Assembly: GCA_963722255.1 (NCBI GenBank)
Contig: CAVRJO010000002.1
Span: 1-64,000, forward strand
Reading direction: 5' to 3'
Source of the DNA: Candidatus Babeliales bacterium
Lineage (GTDB): Bacteria > Babelota > Babeliae > Babelales > JANWKD01
DNA: 64,000 bases
Position numbers and translations under genes: made by a program. Below are positions 39,626-51,790 of this stretch, one piece after another. Numbering within the stretch: the stretch's first letter is position 1; every line of letters begins with the position of its first letter. The notes beneath the pieces were generated by a model. That model was not told the origin of the DNA and ran no database searches. It saw nothing but the letters and a program-made list of their open reading frames with translations.

Positions 39626-40456
39626 TTATTCTGCCTTTTCATCAACATGCAATTCAGTATCAATAATACGAATTCGTTCAATAGCTACTGCTTTGCCAGA
39701 TTTAGGATCAATATCAATAACTACGCCTGATAAAACAAAGGGTCCTTGCGTATCCACAACAAACTTTTCAGGCATTTGAGTAATAATATTTCGAATAATG
39801 GCCTCTTTTTTCATGCCAATCATAGAATTGAGCGAACCCGCCATGCCAAAATCGGTAATATATGCAGTCCCCTGGGGCAAAATTCGTTCATCAGCAGTTT
39901 GCACATGCGTATGAGTGCCAACAAAAGCAGACACTTTACCATCAAGATAATAGGCAAGCCCATTTTTTCAGAAGTAGTTTCAGCATGAAAATCAACAAGA
40001 ATAATATTCGTTCGTGATTTCAAATAGGTAAGAATTGAATCAGCTGCTTTAAAAGGACAATCTAACTGTTCACGCATAAAAACTCGGCCCTGCAAATTAA
40101 TAACACCAATAACATAACCATTGACGTCACAAAAGTAGTGACACCAGTTCCAGGACATTCGCTTGGGAAATTAGCAGGTCGTAAAAGATCATTATGCTGT
40201 TGCTAAGATAAGTATAAATTTCTTTATTGTGCCCAAATATGATTACCTGAAGTAATAACATTAACACCATAATGTTTAAAAAAATTCACGATGCGCGGAG
40301 TAATCCCGCGCCCATTGGCTGCACTATTTTCACCATTAACAATAATGCCATCAATGGTTATATTTTCATGCTGTAAAGCACGACTATGTTTTTGAAACAT
40401 CATGCGTCCAGGAACACCAACAACATCACCAACTAATGCAATGCGTATATTTCCAT
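39626..40456 (-). pseudogene. ymdB: YmdB/TIGR00282 metallophosphoesterase, frameshifted (possibly sequencing error)
   Basis: [47 protein letters not shown] spread over several frames. Confidence 0.85.
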
Positions 40457-40465
40457 TCTATCATA

Positions 40466-42021
40466 TTATCGTGCATATTCAATAGCGCGTTTTTCACGAA
40501 TAACATTAACTTTAATTTGACCAGGGAATTTCATTTCTTGTTCTAGCTTTCGTGCAATATCACGTGCAAGATTGCTGCTTTTTCATCATCAAGAAATCTT
40601 CTTCAACAATAATGCTAATTTCACGGCCCGCTTGTAAAGCATAGCTTTTTTAATACCTTCAAAAGAATGGCAATTTCTTCAAGCTTTTCAAGACGTTTAA
40701 TATAGGCAGAAAAGTTTCGCGGCGAGCACCAGGGCGTGATGCAGAAATAGTATCTGCAATCACGACAATAGGATTGCATAAATAGAAGTAAACGGAACTT
40801 CTTCATGGTGAGCAGCAATAGCATTAACAACAATTGGATCTTCGCCACATCGTTTTGCAATTTCAGCACCAATATGCGCATGAGGACCTTCAACTTCAGC
40901 AGTAACTGCTTTACCAATATCATGCAAAAACCAGCACGCAATGCTATTGCACCATCAAGACCAAGTTCTTCAGCAATCATACGAGCAAACAAGCCAACTT
41001 CTTTACTATGTCTAAACATTTTGAGAAAAACTGGTTCTAAAATGCAATTTACCAAGAAGCGTAACAATTTCAGGATTAACCCCTTGAAAATTAAATTCCA
41101 AGACCACTTCCTTACCATACTCTTCAATCATCTCTTCAATTTCTTTTTCACATTGAGCAACGGTTTCTTCAATACGTGTTGGATTAATACGGCCATCAAC
41201 AATTAATTTTTCAAGGAACGTCGTGCAATTTCACGTCGAATTGGATTAAATCCAGAAATAGTAATAATTTCAGGAGTTTCACCAATGACAAATTCCATGC
41301 CAGTTGCCATTTCAAGCGCTTTAATATTACGGCCTTCTTTACCAATAATACGACCTTTCATTTCATCATTAGGCAAATGAACAACACCTGAAGAATGGGG
41401 AGCAACTTGATCGGCAGTATACCGTTGCATAGCAGTAACAACAATTTGAACAGCACTTTTCTTTTGCTGTATTGACGAGCATCTTCTTCAACTTTTTGAA
41501 CCCATTTTTCAGCTTGATAGACGAACTTCACTTCAAGTATCAAAAATGCTTGCCTTGCTTCATCTCGGGTCATACCACTTATACGTTCTAAGTTTAGCTA
41601 ATAAGTTCATGTATATAATGATTTTAATCTTTGCTTCATTTGCTCGTAAATGATCTTCATACGTGAAACATTACGTTCTTTTTGCTGTAATTCATGACTT
41701 AAATCATCAATTGTTCTTTTTTTTCAATGCTTCATATTTGCATTAATTTGCTTGAAAACGTTCAATTTCAACACGTTCACGTTTTAATTTCAAAATCAAA
41801 TTCTGTTCTTTTTTTATAAAGTTCATCTTTAAGTTTGAATAATGCTTCACGTCTTTCATTTTCAATTTCACGTTTTGCATTTTTAATTTTTCTTGGGATT
41901 CATCAAGTAAGCGTAAAGCTTTGTCCATTTTCTTTTTTGAGTAGAGGAGTACCACTATACCAGAAAGTATTAGTACTAATCCAATAATGGTAACAAATCC
42001 AAAAGTAATTATTTCAATCAT
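40466..42021 (-). pseudogene. rny: Ribonuclease Y, multiply frameshifted (possibly sequencing error)
   Basis: N-terminal TM, LPNDEMKGRIIGKEGRNI KH domain, HD-domain pieces, C-terminal [18 protein letters not shown], in broken frames. Confidence 0.88.
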
Positions 42022-42250
42022 AGTTCTTCCTATAGTTAATTATATCAATCATCATGCTAAATAAGAGTGCTCATTAGTCTTATACTACCACAGCTTGAAA
42101 CCAAAATTTAGCTTTTACTGTAGTAAAAGACTAAAAATACTGCATTTGATAAAAAAGATGTGACAAAATAAGCTTTTATTGAGGAGAAATATGAAAGAAC
42201 AAACAAACGATTCTGAATCAAAATTATCTAAGAAACAGCACAAACACTTT

Positions 42251-42529
42251 TTACGTAAATAACCGTTCGATATCATTGATACATTTTTTAATCATTTGCA
42301 TGTTATTTTTTTGTTCAGTCTCTAAAGCAAGCAATTGTAATGATAATTTAAGAGCAACCAAAACAGCTTTATGATAATTACTGACATGAGGAGCATTGTA
42401 GCCAATTTCTTTCATAAGGCCATCAACTTTTCCTGATGCATCAATTACACTGGTTTCTGATTCATCACCTAGTAAAGTATACGGTTCATTTAAAATAGTA
42501 ACAGTAAACTTTCTGATTTCTTGCTTCAT
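42251..42529 (-). CDS. zapA: Cell division protein ZapA
   Basis: VTILNEPYTL...VDGLM...AVLVAL; synteny with rny. Confidence 0.75.
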   Translation of the reverse strand: MKQEIRKFTVTILNEPYTLLGDESETSVIDASGKVDGLMKEIGYNAPHVSNYHKAVLVALKLSLQLLALETEQKNNMQMIKKCINDIERLFT

Positions 42530-42792
42530 AATTGATCTTGATTGCTTACTAATGAGTCAATGTTTTTTATTATTTCATCAACTGCTAATTTTGCAAGTGC
42601 TTTTTCTTCTGCAAAATTTTCCTGATCTGACAAAATCGAAGTTTTAAGGCTATCGAGCTCAAATACAAGATCAGCATTTTTTTGCACAAGTGTAGTATTT
42701 TCTGTTTTAACTTCTTGTAGCTGTGCTTGTAATTCTTTAACTAATGTTATTAATTGAGCGGTCTTCTGTTCAAGAATATGCAAAGTTTCCAT
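42526..42792 (-). CDS. zapB: ZapB-like coiled-coil protein
   Basis: METLHILEQKTAQLITLVKEL coiled coil upstream of zapA; RBS AAGGAGAGTAG. Confidence 0.6.
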   Translation of the reverse strand: METLHILEQKTAQLITLVKELQAQLQEVKTENTTLVQKNADLVFELDSLKTSILSDQENFAEEKALAKLAVDEIIKNIDSLVSNQDQL

Positions 42793-42865
42793 CTACTCTC
42801 CTTCATTGACTATTTTCAATTCTCTAACATTAATCTTATTGATACACTCTTAATGATGTCAAGAA

Positions 42866-43213
42866 TTATTTTTTTGCATACTCTACAAGAAGATTAAACG
42901 CTTTAGGCTCAAAAATAGCAAGTTGGCTCAGCATTTTTCTATTTAAAATGATATTTGCTTTTTTTAGACCAAAGATAAATTTGTTGTATGAAGTGCCGCG
43001 TTGTTTGCAAGCTGCGCCAATACGAGTAATGAAGAGCGCACGCATATCACGTTTCTTTAATTTACGGCCTTTATAGGCAAATGCCATTGCTCGCAAAATA
43101 GTTTCTTTAGCACGTTTAATAACATTTTTACGTTGGCCCCAATAGCCTTTTGCTAATTTTAATATTCGTTTATGTCTTTTTTTGGTAACAATACCGCGTT
43201 TTACTCTTGTCAT
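42866..43213 (-). CDS. rplT: 50S ribosomal protein L20
   Basis: MTRVKRG...LAKGYWG...LNRKMLSQLA. Confidence 0.98.
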   Translation of the reverse strand: MTRVKRGIVTKKRHKRILKLAKGYWGQRKNVIKRAKETILRAMAFAYKGRKLKKRDMRALFITRIGAACKQRGTSYNKFIFGLKKANIILNRKMLSQLAIFEPKAFNLLVEYAKK

Positions 43214-43242
43214 AAGATTCCCTAATATATCTCACTAGTTTA

Positions 43243-43440
43243 CTAATTATAAGGTAACATTGAATCAATTGCTGCTTTGTTTGTTTTATCAACATAGGTT
43301 GAATGGCGCAAACTACGCTTTCTGCTCGATGATTTTTTTGTCAAAAGATGTCGACGACCTGCACGAGTCATTTTAATTAAACCACTTTTAAGTTTTTTAA
43401 ATCTTTTGCTAGCTCCAGAATGTGTTTTCATTTTAGGCAT
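43243..43440 (-). CDS. rpmI: 50S ribosomal protein L35
   Basis: [15 protein letters not shown]. Confidence 0.98.
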   Translation of the reverse strand: MPKMKTHSGASKRFKKLKSGLIKMTRAGRRHLLTKKSSSRKRSLRHSTYVDKTNKAAIDSMLPYN

Positions 43441-43441
43441 G

Positions 43442-44002
43442 TTATTTTCCTGCTTTTAAATAATAAGTTCTTGACCACAATTGACCCATTTTAAGGTCTT
43501 TCTCTTGTACTAAATTAGAACCGGCCTTCATACCATGAGCCTCAAGAAACGCATCAATTTTTTCAAACATCTGCGATCCTCTTTCTTCTTTAGTAATTAT
43601 CTCACGACCTCTAAAAGCGATGGTAATCTTTAAATGTTTGCCATCTTCTAAAAACTGAACAGCTTGATTCATTTTTGTTTGAAAATCATGAACGTCAATT
43701 TTTGGTCTGAGTTTAATTTCTTTAACTTGAATAGTCTTTTGATGCTTTTTGGCTTCAGACTGTTTCTTCTTTTTTGAGTACAACAATTTACCAAAATCCA
43801 TTATCTTAGCAACGGGAAATCCTTCGCTTCCCTGTTCTGCGATTAAAACAAGATCAAGCCCTGCTATTTGTGCAGATCTTAATGCTTCATCTCGCGAAAC
43901 AACGCCAACATTTTGACCGTCTCCGGTAATAAGTTGAAGACGAGGGAACCGAATATTTTCATTAATTGGTTGTACTACTTTTTCTGTTTTAATATTTTTC
44001 AA
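43442..44002 (-). CDS. infC: Translation initiation factor IF-3
   Basis: [32 protein letters not shown]; non-ATG start. Confidence 0.97.
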   Translation of the reverse strand: MKNIKTEKVVQPINENIRFPRLQLITGDGQNVGVVSRDEALRSAQIAGLDLVLIAEQGSEGFPVAKIMDFGKLLYSKKKKQSEAKKHQKTIQVKEIKLRPKIDVHDFQTKMNQAVQFLEDGKHLKITIAFRGREIITKEERGSQMFEKIDAFLEAHGMKAGSNLVQEKDLKMGQLWSRTYYLKAGK

Positions 44003-44026
44003 GCTATAACTATCCTCTATAGGGTA

Positions 44027-45112
44027 TTATAAATCTGAACTAACAACTTCTGCATGCTCCGGCTCAATCAAAAGATTTTCTTGATTTTCAATACATACCA
44101 TTACCTCTTGGTGAATGGTATTTAAGAACGGTTCATTGCTTTTTAAAAAACTTAATGCTTGTTCTCTTCCTTGGGCAAACTTTTCTCCTTTGTGAGAAAG
44201 CCATGCGCCTGATTGTACAATGACACTATAAGCCAAAGCTGCATCAAGAAGATCCAATTCTCTGCTTATCCCTTCACTAAACAGAAGATCAAGTTCAACT
44301 TTCTTAAATGGAGGAGCCATTTTGTTTTTTACTACTTTAACTGCGACACGATTACCAAAATGCCTGTCATTCTTTTTAAGACTTGCAATACGACGCACAT
44401 CTAAACGCAATGATGCATAAAATTTAAGCGCATTACCACCGGTTGTAGTTTCTTTGTTTGCAAATGGCATAGTGTTCATCGTATGACGAATTTGGTTAAT
44501 AAAAATTAATACAGTTCTTGATTTATGAACAATAGGAGTTAGTTTTCGTAATGCTTGCGACATTAAACGTGCTTGAAGTCCCATGTGCACATCGCCCATA
44601 TCACCTTCAAGCTCAGCTTTTGGCACAAGTGCGGCAACGGAGTCAATAACAATAATATCAACAGCCCCGGATCTAATAAGCATCTCTGCAATATCAAGTG
44701 CTTGTTCACCATAATCAGGCTGAGAAATAATCAAATCATTAATATTGATTCCTAAGTTTGACGCATATTTGGCATCAAGTGCATGTTCAGCATCAATAAA
44801 AGCGCAGATTCCGCCTCTTTTTTGTGCTTGAGCTATAGCATGAAGAGCAAGAGTCGTTTTACCTGAAGCTTCCGGTCCAAATATTTCAACAACTCTACCA
44901 CGTGGTAAACCACCAATACCAATGGCCTGATCGATTAAAATAGAGCCTGTTGAAATTGCGTCAATTTTTGTAGTGGGGTTTTGCCCCAAAAGCATCACCG
45001 AGCCTTTACCATATTCTTTATCAATCTGAGAAAAGGTAACTTCTAAAGCTTTTTTCTTGGATTCTATCTGATCCTGTGTAGCAGATAATTTTTTGTCTAT
45101 TTTTGTACTCAT
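44027..45112 (-). CDS. recA: Recombinase RecA
   Basis: [30 protein letters not shown]. Confidence 0.99.
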   Translation of the reverse strand: MSTKIDKKLSATQDQIESKKKALEVTFSQIDKEYGKGSVMLLGQNPTTKIDAISTGSILIDQAIGIGGLPRGRVVEIFGPEASGKTTLALHAIAQAQKRGGICAFIDAEHALDAKYASNLGININDLIISQPDYGEQALDIAEMLIRSGAVDIIVIDSVAALVPKAELEGDMGDVHMGLQARLMSQALRKLTPIVHKSRTVLIFINQIRHTMNTMPFANKETTTGGNALKFYASLRLDVRRIASLKKNDRHFGNRVAVKVVKNKMAPPFKKVELDLLFSEGISRELDLLDAALAYSVIVQSGAWLSHKGEKFAQGREQALSFLKSNEPFLNTIHQEVMVCIENQENLLIEPEHAEVVSSDL

Positions 45113-47070
45113 AAGCTATTTTCGTCTTTGATAGTTACTAAAGATTCTGTAATTTTTATTGTAGCATTTCTATATAAAGAAGCAATATAACCGCGTTGAA
45201 CAACCTGTTTTTGCTCATCATATAAAAGATTGGCTATAATATTTTTATGCGCATCAAATGCTTCTTTACTATAAGGCTCAACCGCACTAACCTTGATCAG
45301 ATAACCATTTTCACCTTGTACCAATGTTATTTCATTGCCAAGATCGTGAAGTGACTCAAAAGATGAAACAGGAACACCACTTTGGGCCAATTCTTGCATT
45401 TTCTCTTTGTCATCTTTTTTCAGCATTCCTGTATTTTTAATAAGCGCAAAAGGAAAACGTTCTTTCAATTCTGTACTATTTTTGCCTTGAGCAGATTGAA
45501 GATCTTTATCTAAAGCTTCCAAGGCCTTTTTTCTATACAAATCTTGCTCAAGCTGTTTTTTAATCGCACTAATCTCAGGTTTATGGCTTTTTTGGATGGA
45601 TTCTACTGTTGCAAGTATGCCATTATCATTTGAAATAAGATAAAACCAGTCATCAAGACGCGTTTTAAAGAGCTTTTCTGCAAAAGGAGATCCGTCATTT
45701 TCCATAGATTTAATGGTCGATGGTAATGCTTTTTTATTTTGTATAAATGCTTGTAATGCTTTAGATCGCTCCTCTTTATTTTGTATTGCTATAATTTTTG
45801 AAACATCATCAGTAAATTGTGTTTTAAATTTTTGAAGATAAACGATATCTTTAATCGAATTTTCGACTTGAGACAAGCTCTTATAAACAGCCGGTTTGCG
45901 AGAAACTCTTTGTATAATTTCTAAGCCGTCTCTTGTTGGGATTATATCAGAAATATCGCCATCTTTTTGAAGCCTGAAGGCAGCACGTTCAAATTCGCTA
46001 TCTCTTTCACCTTTTTTAAAGAATGGAATCAAGCCACCTTGTGCAGCAGATGAAGGGTCTTCAGACTGTTTTTTGGCCAATTCTTCAAATTTAAAAGGAT
46101 TGCCTATAAGCTCCTTTTTTACAGCTTCAGCTTTTTTTTGGGCTTCTAGAGCGGATTTTTCATTATTTTCTGTAACTTTAAAGAGTATTCTACGAACTTG
46201 GACTTGCAAAGGAGATTCTATAAATTGTGACTTATGTCCATTATAATAGGTCTCGATGTCAGATTGAGCTATAGAAATGCCATATTCCTTGGGAGAAAAC
46301 TTCCATTGATTGCCACTTCTTTTTTCCGGGGTCCAATAGTTTTTATGTTCTTGTTCAAAATAAGTAACAATATCTTGTTCTTGTAGCGACGAACTTTTAG
46401 CTTTTTTTATATAATAATCTAAAGGAAATGAAACAATTGTGTATTCTTTTGCAAGATAATTTTGCATAAAATAATCTTTAATCTGTTTATTTGATACGTA
46501 TGCTGATTCAGAAACTAAAGAAAGCACAAGTGAACGCTTTATTTTATTTTCAATCATTGCCTCAAAGTCTTGCATAGAAAGCCTATTTTGTGCAAGATAA
46601 CGGCTTACTAAGGTAGCATTTAAACCTTGTTGGTCAATTGCGGCCAAGGGGATGACATCAGACAACTCTTCATACAAATAAGAAGGATCTTGCAGCTTTT
46701 CAGCAATGTAGTTGGGAGAAACTTGAATACCCAAAGTCTTTGCAACATTATTCAGGAGCGATTCTTGTATGAGGCCGTTTAGAGCAAGAACTTTAGGATC
46801 GCTCATTCCAAGACTTTTTAAAAAGAAGTCTGCTTGAGCTCCAAATTGCATCCGAAACATATTTAAACGTTCTGTTTCATGGTAAACGCGTCTTTCAAAT
46901 TCAATAAGGTCAATCGAATGTCCATTAACATGAGCAACTGCAGCATAATGTCCTTCGCCACTCCTTTTAAAGAGTCCGGGAAGAAAAACAATTATCATAG
47001 ACAGAAGCATAAACCAAAGAATAAATTTAGCGCCGCCTTCTTTAAAATTATTTCTTAATTTAGTAATCAT
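45109..47070 (-). CDS. ppiD: PpiD-like periplasmic chaperone (SurA_N + parvulin PPIase)
   Basis: N-terminal [21 protein letters not shown] and EFERAAF parvulin motifs. Confidence 0.85.
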   Translation of the reverse strand: MITKLRNNFKEGGAKFILWFMLLSMIIVFLPGLFKRSGEGHYAAVAHVNGHSIDLIEFERRVYHETERLNMFRMQFGAQADFFLKSLGMSDPKVLALNGLIQESLLNNVAKTLGIQVSPNYIAEKLQDPSYLYEELSDVIPLAAIDQQGLNATLVSRYLAQNRLSMQDFEAMIENKIKRSLVLSLVSESAYVSNKQIKDYFMQNYLAKEYTIVSFPLDYYIKKAKSSSLQEQDIVTYFEQEHKNYWTPEKRSGNQWKFSPKEYGISIAQSDIETYYNGHKSQFIESPLQVQVRRILFKVTENNEKSALEAQKKAEAVKKELIGNPFKFEELAKKQSEDPSSAAQGGLIPFFKKGERDSEFERAAFRLQKDGDISDIIPTRDGLEIIQRVSRKPAVYKSLSQVENSIKDIVYLQKFKTQFTDDVSKIIAIQNKEERSKALQAFIQNKKALPSTIKSMENDGSPFAEKLFKTRLDDWFYLISNDNGILATVESIQKSHKPEISAIKKQLEQDLYRKKALEALDKDLQSAQGKNSTELKERFPFALIKNTGMLKKDDKEKMQELAQSGVPVSSFESLHDLGNEITLVQGENGYLIKVSAVEPYSKEAFDAHKNIIANLLYDEQKQVVQRGYIASLYRNATIKITESLVTIKDENSL

Positions 47071-47096
47071 TAAAATACCTTTCTTAGCACAAAGTC

Positions 47097-47741
47097 TTAT
47101 GCTGGAACTTGCAAAATAGTAACATTATTAATTTTTTCTAATTTTTTTATTGTAGCAACAATCGCTTCTAAATCAAGTTTATTGGCATATGGCTTAGAGA
47201 CCGCTTGATACCATACCAGTTTTTTTCCACTCGTAGTTTTGCTTGTCCTTGTTCTTATTTCAATATCAATACCTTTTTTTGCAAGACGTTGTGCAAATTG
47301 ATTAACGGCCTTTTGCGTCCCCCCAAAAAGTTGCGCTCTATAGAGCGAAGAAGGATTATTTTCCTTAGATAGATTAACAAGAGCATCAGTGTCTATACTT
47401 TCCTTAGTTTGAGAATCTTCATTAGATTGCCGCGATGCTAAAACCGGTGTCATATCTTTTTGATTTTTTTGCGCATTGTTTTCTTGTTCATACAATGAAG
47501 TAAGTGCAAAATTTATTTGATCAGAAAAGTTTGCTTGATTAACAATATGCGAAAAATCTTCAGCTAATTTTTTTTTGCCTAAAAAATAGCCCAAAGCAAA
47601 AATAAAAAACGCAAGTAACAAAAAAAATGCTATTAGTTGACTTACAATTTTTTTTTGTATTATTAGATAATGCGGATTATATAAACAGGCATTGCAAAGA
47701 TTTTGGGATTTATTCTTATTGAGAGAGATATCATCATTCAT
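47097..47741 (-). CDS. Membrane protein with SPOR-like C-terminus
   Basis: Single TM (FFIFALGYFLG), linker, YRAQL...RLAKKGI...WYQ pattern. Confidence 0.5.
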   Translation of the reverse strand: MNDDISLNKNKSQNLCNACLYNPHYLIIQKKIVSQLIAFFLLLAFFIFALGYFLGKKKLAEDFSHIVNQANFSDQINFALTSLYEQENNAQKNQKDMTPVLASRQSNEDSQTKESIDTDALVNLSKENNPSSLYRAQLFGGTQKAVNQFAQRLAKKGIDIEIRTRTSKTTSGKKLVWYQAVSKPYANKLDLEAIVATIKKLEKINNVTILQVPA

Positions 47742-48727
47742 ACAAAACTACTTTCACTTACATTGCGTATTAATTTTGCTTGTTGATTACTATATACAGC
47801 AAGATTACAAGAAGTCAAATTCAACCTATCTATTGCGGACTTCTTCTTATAAGTATACTCAGGAGTTGTAACTAAGCAATTGTATATTTTTTTTTCCAAC
47901 CTTCTCCAAAAGGTCTCTTGTCGTTTTGCATAATTACGTGTTTTTTGTGCAATTCGTTCTATTAACGATTCTTTTTGATCTATTGGACAACCTTGTAGTA
48001 TGTAATCGCACAGATCAGGATAGCCAATAAATTTTTTCATAAGAATAAAATCATGCCATTGGGTAGAAAGAAGGCTAGAAACTTCATCAAGCCACCCTTG
48101 TTCAATCATCGTTGTAACGCGTTGGTCAATACGCGCATATAAATCAGATCGATCACGTGTAAGGTAATAAAAATGAAAAGGCGCTATAGGATTATAAACA
48201 GGTTTTTGCTCGGACGGCTTTATACCTGTTGAATTCCATATTTCCAACGCTCGTTTTAAGCGATAATAATCATTAGGATGAATTTCTGATGCCCGTTGAT
48301 GATCAATTGCTTCTAACTTTTTCCAGAGTGAAGCATCTTCACAATCATAAGCGCTATAACTTGCTTGGCTATCAATTTTTTCATGAGTAGATGGTTCAAA
48401 GAAAATAGATTCTATATAAAATGTTGAACCTCCGACAATAACGGGTATATTGTTTCTACTCCATATCGATTCTATACAATTTTGTAGCATAGTGCGGTAT
48501 TCAATGACTGTGCATGAGCGAGGTTCAGAAAAAATATCAAATAAATGATGTACAATTTTCTCATTTTTCCAAGCAGGCTTTGCCGTCCCAATGGTCAATG
48601 GTTGATAAAACTGACCTAAATCCGCATTTACAATTTCTATCGGCAACTCATTACCAAGTTGTAATGAAAAGTCAGTTTTTCCCACACCTGTTGAACCTGC
48701 TATAATAATACAATATCTATTTTCCAT
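47738..48727 (-). CDS. miaA: tRNA dimethylallyltransferase
   Basis: GSTGVGKT, IGTAKP, VGGSTFY, HPND, TRNYAKRQETF. Confidence 0.96.
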   Translation of the reverse strand: MENRYCIIIAGSTGVGKTDFSLQLGNELPIEIVNADLGQFYQPLTIGTAKPAWKNEKIVHHLFDIFSEPRSCTVIEYRTMLQNCIESIWSRNNIPVIVGGSTFYIESIFFEPSTHEKIDSQASYSAYDCEDASLWKKLEAIDHQRASEIHPNDYYRLKRALEIWNSTGIKPSEQKPVYNPIAPFHFYYLTRDRSDLYARIDQRVTTMIEQGWLDEVSSLLSTQWHDFILMKKFIGYPDLCDYILQGCPIDQKESLIERIAQKTRNYAKRQETFWRRLEKKIYNCLVTTPEYTYKKKSAIDRLNLTSCNLAVYSNQQAKLIRNVSESSFV

Positions 48728-48730
48728 AAT

Positions 48731-48759
48731 AAAAAAGCAGAGAGTAGATCACCCTCTGC
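48731..48759 (-). terminator. Terminator after carD
   Basis: Minus strand GCAGAGGGT...ACTCTCTGC followed by TTTTTT. Confidence 0.65.
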
Positions 48760-48779
48760 ATCACCTCTTTTATAAGTTC

Positions 48780-49313
48780 TTATAACGTTTTCTGGTCTTT
48801 CATCGATATCTTGATCGAAGGACCAAATAATGATCTCAAGGATTCAACTGTTTTATCAGCCTCTAGCTTTCTAACAATAGAAATCTCTTCGGCCAAAAGA
48901 TGTTCTGTTTGATTAAGCAGATTTTTCTCACCAAAGGAGAGCTCTTTCTCACGAGCAATATGCTTTAAATCTCTATAAATTTCTGAAATTTCTTCCAAAT
49001 TACCAGTTCTCAACTTAGATTGATATTCTTTGTTTCTTTTATTCCAATTATTAGCCATTAATTCGTAGTTTTTCAATTTCTTTGCTGGTTCAGCTAACAT
49101 TCTAAAAATATCATCTATTCTGTTTGTTGAACACAGAGGCCTTAATCCAATTCCTTCGGTATTAGAAACAGGCACTAAAACCGTCATTTCTTTATTAATG
49201 AACTTTAATTCATAAAAAGACGAATTTTGTCCACCGACTAATTTTTCAACAATTCTGTTGATTTTGGCAACGCCATGTCCTGGATAAACTACTTTTTCAT
49301 TTAAGCGAAACAT
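48780..49313 (-). CDS. carD: CarD family transcriptional regulator
   Basis: MFRLNEKVVYPGHGVA...WNKR...LSFGEK; start reset to 49313. Confidence 0.93.
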   Translation of the reverse strand: MFRLNEKVVYPGHGVAKINRIVEKLVGGQNSSFYELKFINKEMTVLVPVSNTEGIGLRPLCSTNRIDDIFRMLAEPAKKLKNYELMANNWNKRNKEYQSKLRTGNLEEISEIYRDLKHIAREKELSFGEKNLLNQTEHLLAEEISIVRKLEADKTVESLRSLFGPSIKISMKDQKTL

Positions 49314-49714
49314 AGGGAATCCCTTTTTTTTAAGAAACCCCGACTCATAAAAAAGAGTATTATCAGTACTCAAAGAGTATACCATAGAAAATCAGTTAAT
49401 GAAATATTGAACCGTTATTATTGGAGCATTACAAAAAAGACGACTAAATCATGTAAATGGAAAAAGCAAATGAATTCATTCATAATTTAAATCTTTATTG
49501 GTTTTACCATAAAAGGCGTAGTCCTTTTATGAACTATTTTAAGGAGGCTGTTTTTATGGAGATCTTTGGAGTAATGCATAGCTTTTATTTCTATTAATAA
49601 TTTATATAAATAACTATTTCTCCTTTTATTTATACCATTTGATTTATAAGAAAATATCTATATTTTTAAAGAGAGCACTATAATGATTATTTTTAAAATT
49701 GGGGTATTTCACTT

Positions 49715-50575
49715 ATGTATAAAAAATTTGTACTAACTTTTATGGCTTTTCTGCTCTTATGCAACAGGCCAACAGAGGCTTCATTAGATGTAGCATCGGA
49801 AAACATTAAAGATCAAACTTTAAGCGCGTATCTTTTCAGAATAGGTACCTCGATAGCAGCAGCAGCATTTGCAGCGCTCTGCGGCATATCAGCACATCAA
49901 CACTATGTTGCATACTGTAATGATAATCGTTTTAAAAAACTTACCGATGAAGAGTTTAGTATCCTTTGTTCAGCACTTACTACAAAACTTGAAGCTCAAA
50001 TAAAACCACTCAGCGATCTTCTTAACAAACTTGATGCCTGCTCTATTTCCTGCAACGATATATCTGAATGCATAAGCATAGAAGATGAGATTATTAAACA
50101 AGCAAACGAATTACCACTTATACACATAAAAAATAACTGCCTTGCTCTCAAAAAAGAAATTGGCAGAAGAATGGCGCAGAATAATTTGCAAACAAATGAG
50201 GCCACCTTGCTCTATAAATTAAAAATGGATCTTACTCAAATTCTACATACTATTACACGAGCAGAATCTTTTATTAAGCCTGCTAATCAAGAAAACAGTG
50301 CAACATCACTGGAAATTGAAGATGAAAATAACAATATATATGGTTATGATACAACACATTACTCCTTTCATAATCAATGGCATACTAATCATAATCAATG
50401 GCATACTAAACCATTCTATACTGTGCAATTGTGGCCAACCTTAGAGCATGAAGCTCCTATAGCCAACTCTACAATTGAAACGAAACCGATAGTGATAACC
50501 GCTCCAGCTTCTGCACCTGCACTTGTTGATACTACCGTAAACGTACACGATATATTATTAAGCTGTTATTCTTAA
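49715..50575 (+). CDS. Secreted/membrane hypothetical protein
   Basis: Signal + TM; in-frame 21-nt tandem duplication HNQWHTN/HNQWHTK. Confidence 0.65.
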   Translation: MYKKFVLTFMAFLLLCNRPTEASLDVASENIKDQTLSAYLFRIGTSIAAAAFAALCGISAHQHYVAYCNDNRFKKLTDEEFSILCSALTTKLEAQIKPLSDLLNKLDACSISCNDISECISIEDEIIKQANELPLIHIKNNCLALKKEIGRRMAQNNLQTNEATLLYKLKMDLTQILHTITRAESFIKPANQENSATSLEIEDENNNIYGYDTTHYSFHNQWHTNHNQWHTKPFYTVQLWPTLEHEAPIANSTIETKPIVITAPASAPALVDTTVNVHDILLSCYS

Positions 50576-51272
50576 TTTATAGAATAATAGCATATATATT
50601 TTTAGATACTAATGGAGGTCCATTGAACATATTTAAATTTTTAGCCTATTGTATAGCAATTCCATTGATGTTTCATCCGATTGGGTGGATCGTTTTGTTA
50701 TGTCATGCTATTTGGCGCATATTAGATTGAAAACTGTTATCAAATTTTATTATCTGACTCGAGTAGGTAGTTTTAATGCATAAAAAGCCTTATGCAAAAG
50801 AGGATGGCCCTGCTTTCCCATTTAAGGGTAGCTTTTTGTTTTTGGTTTTTGTCTCAATTTAGTTTTTTCACACATACTAAGAAATAATTTCTTAATCGTC
50901 TTGAATTTTGTAGAGTGAAAGTTGCTTATAAGCATTAGGGACGTTCGAATGGTACGTTTTATGTGTAATTTTTTTGACGTTAATTGGTTAGGTTTTGAAT
51001 TGTGTTATAACATTTCTTTTGCTTGTAGTTTGTTATTATGATCAAGACTTAAGGAGAGTAGTAGTAATAAAATAGAAGTCCTTATACCTAATACCTATAA
51101 TAGAGCCCTCTCAATTAATATAGTCCCTCAATAAGACTTATCGCTGGTCGTTAAGCTGCTCTACTTCTATATAATGTTTCTATTATATGAACAACACATC
51201 AGGGCAACCGCACTATAAAGATTGAATCAATGCGGGGAAAATATGTTTGAAGTGGCAAATTAAATTCTCGAT

Positions 51273-51379
51273 TGTCATTGCGAGCGAATGCGCGGCAACC
51301 CAGTTATAAAGACTTTTCATTTTACTTACTGGGTCACCACGGACCTCTTTGAGGCCCTCGTGATGACCTCGTGATGACA
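51273..51379. repeat. RPE-like palindromic element with duplicated right end
   Basis: TGTCATTGCGAG...ACCCAGT...ACTGGGT...CTCGTGATGAC, the last 11-mer in tandem. Confidence 0.65.
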
Positions 51380-51470
51380 TGGTGCTTGACTTGTTAATTG
51401 TTCAATTTTTATGAAACGACACATAGCACTACATAGTACTTTGTACTTTATTCCTATATATAACGTCATA

Positions 51471-51556
51471 TAATGCCCACTTAGTTTATCAATAGTTATC
51501 AATAATACTCGTGTAATGCCCACTTAGTTTATCAATAGTTATCAATAATACTCGTG
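51471..51556 (+). repeat. Perfect 43-bp tandem duplication
   Basis: TAATGCCCACTTAGTTTATCAATAGTTATCAATAATACTCGTG twice. Confidence 0.95.
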
Positions 51557-51762
51557 CCCCAGGGGATTTCACGTAGTCAAGCCAAAGAGCCTTAAAAAAG
51601 CTTTGTTTAAAAGCTTATTAAGGCTCTTTGGTGAAGACGGAGTGATCCCTACCCTTAACAGCGCTTACATAACTCGGTAATTATGCGACCTATGGGCAAG
51701 AGATGCCGATGGAAAATGCTATAAAGTTGAGCGTATCACACTAAAATAATTTAACAAAAAAA

Positions 51763-51790
51763 TTGACATTTTCTTATTTTTAATTATAAA
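51763..51790 (+). promoter_or_regulatory. Sigma70-like promoter of dnaK
   Basis: TTGACA-16-TATAAA about 70 nt upstream of the ATG. Confidence 0.45.

Noticed and set aside
51471..51556. Possible CRISPR repeats
   Set aside because: Two directly abutting copies, no spacer, no cas genes
51553..51700. tRNA-like ends on the minus strand (GCCC...GGGGCA)
   Set aside because: No TTCG T-loop, D-loop GG or anticodon arm could be built
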